Below, one piece after another: positions 8,994-15,764 of a stretch of DNA of 32,000 bases. Positions within the stretch are counted from its first letter, which is position 1. Each line of letters opens with the position of its first letter. The DNA comes from Desulfocapsa sulfexigens DSM 10523. Lineage in GTDB: Bacteria > Desulfobacterota > Desulfobulbia > Desulfobulbales > Desulfocapsaceae. Under the pieces are notes generated by a model, which saw nothing but the letters and a program-made list of their open reading frames with translations, did not search any database and was not told where the DNA came from. The stretch lies in assembly GCF_000341395.1 (NCBI RefSeq), contig NC_020304.1, positions 690,001 through 722,000 of the forward strand. The letters run 5' to 3'. The translations under genes were made by a program, and so were the position numbers.

Positions 8994-9311
8994 ATGGGAA
9001 AAAAAGGCAAGAAATATGAAAATGAAGAGATAGTAGATTGCAAAGCCTGCGATGGCGTTATTTCCCTTGGCTTTTACATGGGACGTGGTGATATCGTCTG
9101 CTGTGAAGAATGTGACGCTGAATATCTTATTAATTCGCGGAAGCCACTGCAACTGGAATTACTCAATGAAGATGATGACGACGATGTTTTCGACCCCATA
9201 AGTGATTATGACGACGACGACAATGTCGATGAGGATAGCGACGAAGACTACAACATAGGTGACTATGACTATGACGATGATGACGACTATAACGACGGTC
9301 GCTATGATTGA
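8994..9311 (+). CDS. LysW-like zinc-ribbon mini-protein, paralog 2, with a 46-residue poly-Asp/Tyr tail (105 aa)
   Basis: Strong RBS GGAGGAGAGG. Sequence: C-KA-CDGVISLGFYMGRGDIVC-C-EE-CDAEYLINSRKPLQLELL, then DDDDDVFDPISDYDDDDNVDEDSDEDYNIGDYDYDDDDDYNDGRYD. Confidence 0.8.
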   Translation: MGKKGKKYENEEIVDCKACDGVISLGFYMGRGDIVCCEECDAEYLINSRKPLQLELLNEDDDDDVFDPISDYDDDDNVDEDSDEDYNIGDYDYDDDDDYNDGRYD

Positions 9312-9420
9312 TTAACCAATGAACCACCGAGAGAAACAACGGGCAGTGCCCAGGGAGTGATGCAACCACCTGCGGCCGTTTATTTTGGGAAGAGTAAGGG
9401 ACAGATTTTGTTACAAGCCC

Positions 9421-10821
9421 TTACTTCTTAAACTCTTCCTTCTGCAGGCCGTACTTCTTCATCAGCTTGTGCAGCTGCCTGGTACTGACACCGGCAGCCT
9501 CAGCACTTGCGTTGATCTTTCCGCCACACTCGTCAAGTACCTCTTTCAGGTAACAGCGCTCTATCTCTTCAACTCCTCTTCTCCGCACCTCCGCCAGGGG
9601 AAGCATGGTGTCCATCTGCACCCTGCTTAGAGGATCTTCGGTAGTGAACAGTTCTGCCGGAAAGCTCTCCGGCACAAGGACCGCTGTCCTTTCCAGGATA
9701 TAGGCTCGTTCCATGATGTTCTCGAGTTCACGGATATTACCCGGCCAGGAGTAGTTGAGAAAGGCCTCTATCACCTGAGGGTGGATATCGAATATCTCCT
9801 TGGTATGAAAACGGTTCAACTGGCCGATAAACATCTCCACCAGCCCCGGAATATCTTCCTTTCTGTGCCTGAGTGGCGGGAGTTCTATGGGAAAAACATT
9901 GAGCCGGTAGTAGAGATCATTACGAAATTGCTTTTCCTCACAGAGCTGTTTAAGGTCTTCGTTGGTGGCTGCGATGATACGTACATCTACCTTGGTTTCT
10001 GCCTCCCCGCCAATACGCTGAAAAACGCCATCCTGAAGAACCTGCAGGAGCTTGATCTGAGCTGCGGGCGTAAGCGTTCCAATCTCATCAAGAAAAATTG
10101 TACCACCATTGGCAACCTCGAATTTACCAAGCTTTCGCTTCACTGCTCCGGTAAAGGCACCTTTTTCGTGGCCAAAGAGTTCACTCTCCAGAAGAGTGTC
10201 CGGGATTGCCCCACAGTGGACACTGATAAACTGTTCATCCCTGCGATTACTGTGTTTATGAATAATCCTGGCCAGCACTCCTTTTCCTGTTCCTGTTTCG
10301 CCGGTGAGAAGAACAGTGCTTTTGGTGGGCGCAACGGATCGCACATTGGAAAAGACCTCTCGCATCGCCGCGCACTTTATCTGAACCAGGGGAGCCGCAT
10401 CCTTGTCCCAGAATTGATCACGCAGATAATCCAGCTCAGACTGTACCTTCTGAGCCTCACTCATACTAGCGGAAACCAGCCTGATTTCATCTGCTATAAT
10501 GGGGTACATAATATAATCACAGGCCCCCAGTTTCACAGCAGCCACTGCTTCCCGCAACATTTCCTGGTTAGTCATGACCACAATCTTCAGGCTTGGATAA
10601 CGCAACCAGAACGGTTGCAGAACGGCTTTGTAGCCACTTGTAACCGCTGACGCACTAAGAATTTCCATGTCAATAAAGAGAAGATCACTGCGATACTGCT
10701 TAACGGTTTCAACAGCCTCCACCAGAGAAGATGCTGTCGAGAGAATGGCATCTTCTCCGCAACTTTCCCGGAAAGTGGTCATGACCTCACGATCTCGACT
10801 AATAACCATGATGTTTTCCAT
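9421..10821 (-). CDS. Sigma-54-dependent transcriptional activator (NtrC family: receiver-like domain, AAA+, Fis-type HTH)
   Basis: Walker [15 protein letters not shown] motif ([18 protein letters not shown]). Walker [12 protein letters not shown]-finger region [11 protein letters not shown]-terminal [27 protein letters not shown]. The N-terminal receiver-like domain has [14 protein letters not shown] and KLGACDY, but SRD replaces the usual acidic pair. I prefer the start at the M of [10 protein letters not shown] (10821) over the track start at 10953, whose extra 44 aa do not look domain-like. Confidence 0.9.
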   Translation of the reverse strand: MENIMVISRDREVMTTFRESCGEDAILSTASSLVEAVETVKQYRSDLLFIDMEILSASAVTSGYKAVLQPFWLRYPSLKIVVMTNQEMLREAVAAVKLGACDYIMYPIIADEIRLVSASMSEAQKVQSELDYLRDQFWDKDAAPLVQIKCAAMREVFSNVRSVAPTKSTVLLTGETGTGKGVLARIIHKHSNRRDEQFISVHCGAIPDTLLESELFGHEKGAFTGAVKRKLGKFEVANGGTIFLDEIGTLTPAAQIKLLQVLQDGVFQRIGGEAETKVDVRIIAATNEDLKQLCEEKQFRNDLYYRLNVFPIELPPLRHRKEDIPGLVEMFIGQLNRFHTKEIFDIHPQVIEAFLNYSWPGNIRELENIMERAYILERTAVLVPESFPAELFTTEDPLSRVQMDTMLPLAEVRRRGVEEIERCYLKEVLDECGGKINASAEAAGVSTRQLHKLMKKYGLQKEEFKK

Positions 10822-10871
10822 AGCCCCTGACCCCAGTTTAAGAATTCTCAGTTCTGTTTTTTTCCCGTTTC

Positions 10872-10886
10872 GGAATTTCAGGTTCC
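10872..10886. promoter_or_regulatory. Candidate activator-binding dyad GGAA-TTTCAGG-TTCC in the divergent activator / paralog-3 intergenic region
   Basis: Perfect GGAA-N7-TTCC inverted repeat (extended CGGAA...TTCCG), about 159 bp upstream of the -24 GG at 11038 and about 50 bp upstream of the activator start codon on the other strand. Confidence 0.35.
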
Positions 10887-11036
10887 GAGAATTTGTTTTT
10901 CCTTCCCCTGACACTTTCAGCCTACAACCTATTCTGCCTTTACACTCTGACACACCTTTTCACAACGAAAAAGAACAACGGATGACCCTGAATGCCTCAG
11001 CGCAGCATATTCAATTGAAAAACTGACAGAGTCATA

Positions 11037-11052
11037 TGGCACACTGTTTGCT
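11037..11052 (+). promoter_or_regulatory. Sigma-54 (-24/-12) promoter, consensus match
   Basis: TGGCACactgtTTGCT matches TGGCAC-N5-TTGCW exactly. It lies 47 nt upstream of the ATG at 11099. Confidence 0.85.
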
Positions 11053-11098
11053 TAACAAAAAATCAAAAAAACAGTCAATATTACTTTTGGAGAACGTG

Positions 11099-11281
11099 AT
11101 GAAAACAAAAAGATGTACGGCCTGCGGTGGTGATATTCAGATTTATTATGACAACGAAGTGAGAGATGACGTTTACTGTAACGAATGCGAACGAGAATAC
11201 AGGATCATATCAATGCATCCAGTGAAGTTGCAGGCACTGGAAACAGACTATGACTACTGTTTTGAAGAAGACGAGTATTAA
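11099..11281 (+). CDS. LysW-like zinc-ribbon mini-protein, paralog 3 (60 aa)
   Basis: RBS GGAGA 5 nt upstream. Sequence: MKTKR-C-TA-CGGDIQIYYDNEVRDDVY-C-NE-CEREYRIISMHPVKLQALETDYDYCFEEDEY. The track start at 11036 overlaps the sigma-54 promoter, so I use the internal ATG. Confidence 0.8.
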   Translation: MKTKRCTACGGDIQIYYDNEVRDDVYCNECEREYRIISMHPVKLQALETDYDYCFEEDEY

Positions 11282-11673
11282 TCCTTGGAAATTCTTCTGA
11301 AGAAGAGGACTTCGTGAAGATTTTCACACTAAATGCTACTCAGCTAAGTACCAGTTACTTATCACTTCTTGGTATGCGTTGTGTTTGCTGAAACTGACGA
11401 CTCTTTCCTTCTGGCAAGCCCCACCATGCCTCGTTCCTTACTGTAACGACAGGAGAGATGACTCCTTTTTAAATATTCTATTCAGATAGTGCTCCAGTGA
11501 TCTGGCAATGAACCTGTGCTCACAGAACATTCTGATATTCTATGGATTTCTCCATTAATCAGCATCTCAAATGTTCCCGCCATGGAGACAGATGCCACAG
11601 ATTTGAGCATGCTTTGTTGCCAAAACAGACATGCTGCTGCTAGTTCGTGGCCAAACCAGGGAGACAAATAAAC

Positions 11674-11970
11674 ATGACACGACTTGAACAGAAAAAAGTA
11701 ACACTTGCAGGAATACTTGTCCCGGATCAGTGGGCAGAGGATGGCGAGATCACCGGGTTTGCCCTCTGTACTGATGATGAGCGAAAATATGTCCTGAACT
11801 GCAATAATAAAAAGAACAATCTCAGTTCGATGCTACACCAGAACATCAAGGTTAGCGGTACGATGACTGGCGAAGCAGAGAAAGAAAGTATAAAAGTTAC
11901 AACCTTACAACCTCTCTCTTCTCAAGAAATCGAAGAAAGAGATGCCAGGGGAAAGGCATTCTGTTGCTGA
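11674..11970 (+). CDS. Hypothetical protein (98 aa), family not recognised
   Basis: RBS GGGAGA 8 nt before the ATG at 11674. Sequence: MTRLEQKKVTLAGILVPDQWAEDGEITGFALCTDDERKYVLN...KAFCC. Its stop codon overlaps the next ORF's ATG. No homology recognised. Confidence 0.45.
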   Translation: MTRLEQKKVTLAGILVPDQWAEDGEITGFALCTDDERKYVLNCNNKKNNLSSMLHQNIKVSGTMTGEAEKESIKVTTLQPLSSQEIEERDARGKAFCC

Positions 11971-12248
11971 TGAATCCCCACGAAACTGCGCGAGGGAAGA
12001 CAAATGCCCACAACCCAGGTTCAAAAGTGCTTATGACTACAAAAAAAAGAATTTTAACCTGCTCTGTGGGTGATGTTATAGTAACCATCAACAGAAAAAT
12101 GCTGGTATCCGAAGTTATTTCCCAGGGAAAGGAGGCAACAAAAACCAAAGCTGGTGAAAGAGCCTGTGTTTCTGCCTGCCGCATAATGCCTAACGGTCAG
12201 GTACTCAGTCGATCACCACTGTTTATTGACGACTGGTCGCACATCTAA
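11970..12248 (+). CDS. Hypothetical protein (92 aa), family not recognised
   Basis: The ATG at 11970 shares its A with the upstream TGA (11968-11970), which suggests translational coupling. Sequence: MNPHETARGK...RILTCSVGDVIVTINRKMLVSEVISQGKEATKTKAGERACVSACRIMPNGQVL. An alternative internal start is at 12033. Confidence 0.4.
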   Translation: MNPHETARGKTNAHNPGSKVLMTTKKRILTCSVGDVIVTINRKMLVSEVISQGKEATKTKAGERACVSACRIMPNGQVLSRSPLFIDDWSHI

Positions 12249-12259
12249 CTCAACAAACA

Positions 12260-12290
12260 GGACTTTTCAGTTCCGCTTTCCCTGGAAAGC
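12260..12290. promoter_or_regulatory. Candidate activator-binding region: GGAC-TTTTCAG-TTCC followed by the perfect dyad GCTTTCC-ct-GGAAAGC
   Basis: 12260-12274 matches the GGAA-N7-TTCC pattern with one mismatch. 12275-12290 is a perfect 7-bp inverted repeat. Both lie 70-100 bp upstream of the 12360 sigma-54 promoter. Confidence 0.3.
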
Positions 12291-12321
12291 TAAAAACTCC
12301 CTTTCCTGCAACCCTCTCTCC

Positions 12322-12337
12322 CGGCACGTACAGTGCT
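12322..12337 (+). promoter_or_regulatory. Second, weaker sigma-54-like element in tandem
   Basis: cGGCACgtacaGTGCT has correct GG-N10-GC spacing and the same GTGCT -12 box as the 8649 promoter, but it lacks the 5' T of TGGCAC. Confidence 0.4.
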
Positions 12338-12359
12338 GCCCCTTACCTCCGACTCAATC

Positions 12360-12375
12360 TGGCACGTCGCTTGCT
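12360..12375 (+). promoter_or_regulatory. Sigma-54 (-24/-12) promoter, consensus match
   Basis: TGGCACgtcgcTTGCT matches TGGCAC-N5-TTGCW exactly. Confidence 0.85.
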
Positions 12376-12535
12376 ACTCATTTTAGTGCTTGTGATGAAT
12401 TGGTACCAGGGGGTCGTGATCTCCTTGTTTTCTCTCCTGGTATCTATTCATTACCTGCATTTATCATTTGCTGCTCAGGAGCTTTAAGGCCTGAAATTGA
12501 ACACAGAAAAAGCTGTACCACTGAGGACGAAAAAT

Positions 12536-12904
12536 ATGGCCAGAATACTGGGTGGTCGCGAGAAATACAAAAGAAAAGGAAACATTGGAGAGACTTCCCC
12601 TCGAAAACTCATCACCAGTCGAAAAGTAAAGAGTCTCTCTTCTCTTGAAGATCCCCTTCAGGATTCTGTCCTGAACCCATCGCAAAGAAAAGGGGCGCTG
12701 ACAAAGAGGAAAAGAAGAATGATTTCAAATAGTGCATGCCCAATCTGCACGTGGGAAATCAGAGTTCCCCGTAATGCCAGGCTCGGTGATGTGGTTTTGT
12801 GTAAAGGCTGTGGTGGCGAGTACGAAATGCATTCGCTTCATCCACTCCGCCTTCACCCCCTAAACTTTTATAATGGTTCAGATGAGTACCCCGGCCAAAT
12901 ATAG
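12536..12904 (+). CDS. LysW-like zinc-ribbon mini-protein, paralog 4 (122 aa with a K/R-rich N-extension; the core alone is 61 aa from the ATG at 12719)
   Basis: Core: MISNSA-C-PI-CTWEIRVPRNARLGDVVL-C-KG-CGGEYEMHSLHPLRLHPLNFYNGSDEYPGQI. This is the closest of the five to the LysW pattern CPxC...lG-hV-CxxCG-E. Both the ATG at 12536 (RBS GAGGA) and the ATG at 12719 (RBS AGAGGA) are plausible, so the start is unresolved. Confidence 0.7.
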   Translation: MARILGGREKYKRKGNIGETSPRKLITSRKVKSLSSLEDPLQDSVLNPSQRKGALTKRKRRMISNSACPICTWEIRVPRNARLGDVVLCKGCGGEYEMHSLHPLRLHPLNFYNGSDEYPGQI

Positions 12905-12934
12905 GTTTCCGTAAGATTCTCCCTATCTATTATT

Positions 12935-13171
12935 ATGTATAATCAGACAAATCGGCAAATGAAGACAAGAACAGGAAAAAGGTCCTTTACATATCAATAC
13001 CGTAGCTGCAGTTTCTGCTGCAGCGTTGACGGGCTTGTCGTTTCTGACTCTCAGCAGCAGGGCGATATTGTCTCCTGTCATGTCTGTGGTGGTCAGTATC
13101 TTATTCGCAGTATAGATCCGCTTAAGTTGCAGGCTCTGCCTTCACAGTCGAGCAACATGTCCTTTGGTTGA
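12935..13171 (+). CDS. LysW-like zinc-ribbon mini-protein, paralog 5 (78 aa)
   Basis: Sequence: C-SF-CCSVDGLVVSDSQQQGDIVS-C-HV-CGGQYLIRSIDPLKLQALPSQSSNMSFG. The N-terminus is basic. It starts 30 nt after paralog 4 with no promoter of its own, so it is probably co-transcribed. The RBS is weak, and an alternative ATG is at 12959. Confidence 0.7.
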   Translation: MYNQTNRQMKTRTGKRSFTYQYRSCSFCCSVDGLVVSDSQQQGDIVSCHVCGGQYLIRSIDPLKLQALPSQSSNMSFG

Positions 13172-13437
13172 CAGGATCATCCGTCTCCCTGGTCTTACGC
13201 TGGAGTAGAGAAAAAGCCGATGGAACATATAAAATGGCTGTGCTCATAGAGCCTCCTCCATCAAACCAACAAACGACGACGGCATTTCAACGACCTGCCT
13301 CATTCACACCTGGCACAATGTGTGAAATTCCCCCCATCAACTAACGATATACGGGTTAAAAAGTCAGCGTATGTGGTATCTTCACATTCAGTTCCAGCAA
13401 ATCCATCCACATCCTATCTTTCATATGGGGCCTGATA

Positions 13438-15576
13438 ATGAGAATCCACTATTTGTTAATTCTTTTATGGAGACGTATTTTCTGTTCTCTCGTTTTTCTT
13501 ATCCTGGCCTTTGATAGCTCCCCCACCCTGGCTGCAGAACCAGATACACTGCTTTTCTCGGATAAAAAGGAGGAAAGGCAGGCCTCCTATACAACTTTGC
13601 AGCAATCCATTACTGAAAAACTAAAAAGCACCAAAAACGAACAGGAAAAAGACAACCTGCTCATGCAACAGCAGATACTCTTCAGATTAGTGGAACTACC
13701 CGACACCCCTGAGCAATTCAGCACCACTAGGATTTTTTCCGAACTGGCAGCCAAAGGGAGTCTCACCTGGGATGAATTTGAACAATTTCTTGATCATCAT
13801 ATCAAAATCAGTCTTGATGAAAAAAAGAACAGCCTGGACCTGGAAAACAGTCAGCGGCAGCTCAAAATGCTCCATAGTCGTTTGACGGCCCTTGACAGCA
13901 ACAATCCTGAAATTGCTTTACTGCAACTGCAATACGCTTTCAAGTTGCGTAAACATGGACTGCAGCAGAAAATCGACAAACAGCTCAAAGATGCTCTGGA
14001 GGAGGCGAAAAAAATCTACCCTCTTGTGCTGAAAAAAACCAGCGTCGACGGACAGAGAATAGCCACTGAGGAGGGCCTCCTGGCAGAACAGAAAGTTCGT
14101 TTCCAGAAAAGCGTTGATGACAGTGCTCTTTCAGTCACTGAGAATAATATCAGGATTCAGGAACAGGATAACATTCTACAGGGCTACCTGGGCAAGGATC
14201 TCACTGCTGACGAAAAAAAAATACGCATATACGAAGAGGCAAAACTGAATGAATTGAAGGTTAACAGACTCCTTTCAGAAAGCAAACGACAGGAAAACAA
14301 CCTGAAACAACTGCAACAGGCACAAAAAGTTGCCTGGTACCGTTTACTCAATGAAAATCCCGATTTCTCTGAGCTGACAGACCTGTCAAATGACATCCTC
14401 AAGCAGCTAGTTTTACTAAAAAAAGAAATAACCGACTCACAAAACGCCCTCTTTTCTCTTGAAAAAGAACTGGCCCTCCTCAGCAACACTACTGATCCCA
14501 TCAGTCCCAAAACAAAAAAACTGCTCCAAAGCATCAATAGTAACATCCAGACAATTTTTGCAAGCCTCATACTCATTGATAAAGAGGCAGAAAGTCTTGA
14601 CCATAGAAGCTGGCTGCTTGGAATGGCCATAGACCTGAAGCAGACAGGCATCGGCGCTGTGGTCACCAGAACGCGGGAAGCCACAAGTACCGCTTTTGAA
14701 AGGGTCCTCTTTATCCTGAACTACCCCATTCTTTCCTATAGTGGTGCTACTCTGTCTCTATTGATTCTTCTCCAGGTTATCTTTATTATTGTCCTGGGTC
14801 TCCTGATTACTCGCTTCTATGGAAGATTCATCCATCGTCTGGGAGTAAAACATTCCTGGACCGAACAGACAATTCACCTGACCCATGTTGCCGGAAAATA
14901 CCCGCTGTTTCTTCTTCTTGCCATGGTTGCCCTCTCGTCACTTGGAATCAACACCAGTTCCTTCGCCATGATTGCCGGTGCCCTGTCAGTGGGTATCGGT
15001 TTTGGCCTGAAGACCATTGTCAACAATCTGGTTTCAGGGTTCATTCTCCTCTTTGACAAGTCCATCCGGCCCGGAGATTTTATCTCTCTCGGAGGTGCCG
15101 TTCAGGATGGCGGTCTCAGGGGAAGTGTGGTACAAATGAACATTCGAGCATCGGTACTGCGCACCAACGACAATATCAACGTCATTATTCCCAATGCCAC
15201 TCTCATGGAATCACAGGTGGTTAACTGGACGTATACCGATGAAAAAGTACGCTTTAAAATTCCTTTCTCCGTAGCCTACGGCACCGATTCCGACCATGTC
15301 AAAAAGGTTATCAAGGAAGCTATGCTGAAAACTCCAATTGTCCTGAAACACCCTGACCCGACAGTTCAGATGACTGCTCATGGAGATAACGCTGTAGCCT
15401 ATAATGCAAATGTATGGGTGGAAGGCCCCAATGCCAGGCGCCCAGCAAGAACGACGGACACAATCTTAAGCACTATTTACAAAGTATTGAACGAAAACGA
15501 TCTTGAAATCCCCTTTCCGCAATTGGATGTCCATCTTCGTAGTTCCGATGGGCAGAGTGCAGAGAAAGATCTATAA
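13438..15576 (+). CDS. MscK/KefA-like mechanosensitive channel with a long periplasmic coiled-coil N-domain
   Basis: 712 aa. It has a signal peptide, about 400 aa of Q/L/K/E-rich coiled coil, TM helices and then the MscS core: GALSVGIGFGLKTIVNNLVSGFILLFDKSIRPGDFISL...VLRTNDNINVIIPNATLMESQVVNWT. Confidence 0.85.
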   Translation: MRIHYLLILLWRRIFCSLVFLILAFDSSPTLAAEPDTLLFSDKKEERQASYTTLQQSITEKLKSTKNEQEKDNLLMQQQILFRLVELPDTPEQFSTTRIFSELAAKGSLTWDEFEQFLDHHIKISLDEKKNSLDLENSQRQLKMLHSRLTALDSNNPEIALLQLQYAFKLRKHGLQQKIDKQLKDALEEAKKIYPLVLKKTSVDGQRIATEEGLLAEQKVRFQKSVDDSALSVTENNIRIQEQDNILQGYLGKDLTADEKKIRIYEEAKLNELKVNRLLSESKRQENNLKQLQQAQKVAWYRLLNENPDFSELTDLSNDILKQLVLLKKEITDSQNALFSLEKELALLSNTTDPISPKTKKLLQSINSNIQTIFASLILIDKEAESLDHRSWLLGMAIDLKQTGIGAVVTRTREATSTAFERVLFILNYPILSYSGATLSLLILLQVIFIIVLGLLITRFYGRFIHRLGVKHSWTEQTIHLTHVAGKYPLFLLLAMVALSSLGINTSSFAMIAGALSVGIGFGLKTIVNNLVSGFILLFDKSIRPGDFISLGGAVQDGGLRGSVVQMNIRASVLRTNDNINVIIPNATLMESQVVNWTYTDEKVRFKIPFSVAYGTDSDHVKKVIKEAMLKTPIVLKHPDPTVQMTAHGDNAVAYNANVWVEGPNARRPARTTDTILSTIYKVLNENDLEIPFPQLDVHLRSSDGQSAEKDL

Positions 15577-15764
15577 ATTAGAACAAAGATTCCTCAAACA
15601 AGACCTTTTTGCACACTGCGTCAACATACTCTTCATCTTTGGCCGTTATAATACAACAAACAACCAATCCATTGCCCCTGACTCCGTGATGAGCAACACA
15701 ATGGAACACTTACCTGCGAGAGCAGTTATACGACGCTCAAAATATCACTCAAAAGGAAATAAGA

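Noticed and set aside
9163-9369. His/Arg-rich 68-aa minus-strand ORF
   Set aside because: It is the mirror image of the GAY-repeat DNA encoding the poly-Asp tail of paralog 2. It has no RBS, and the plus-strand gene has a strong RBS and a conserved zinc-ribbon core.
11036-11098. Upstream ATG giving an 81-aa version of paralog 3
   Set aside because: The ATG at 11036 overlaps the consensus sigma-54 promoter (11037-11052), so it would lie upstream of the transcription start. The internal ATG at 11099 has a GGAGA RBS.
11282-11673. Search for a sigma-54 promoter or ORF in the 390-nt spacer after paralog 3 (for example TGGCAAtgaacctGTGCT at about 11503, and the 61-aa minus-strand ORF at 11482..11667)
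   Set aside because: The TGGCAA element has GG-N12-GC spacing rather than N10. The minus-strand ORF has no RBS or motif. Nothing here could be supported.
12226-12648. 140-aa plus-strand ORF
   Set aside because: It runs straight through both sigma-54 promoter elements (12322, 12360) and the candidate activator sites. It is out of frame with paralog 4 and has no recognisable features.
13311-13326. TGGCACaatgtGTGAA upstream of the MscK-like gene as a fourth sigma-54 promoter
   Set aside because: The -24 half is perfect, but the invariant GC of the -12 element is GA at the required spacing. I kept it as a note only. A PWM score or TSS data would be needed.
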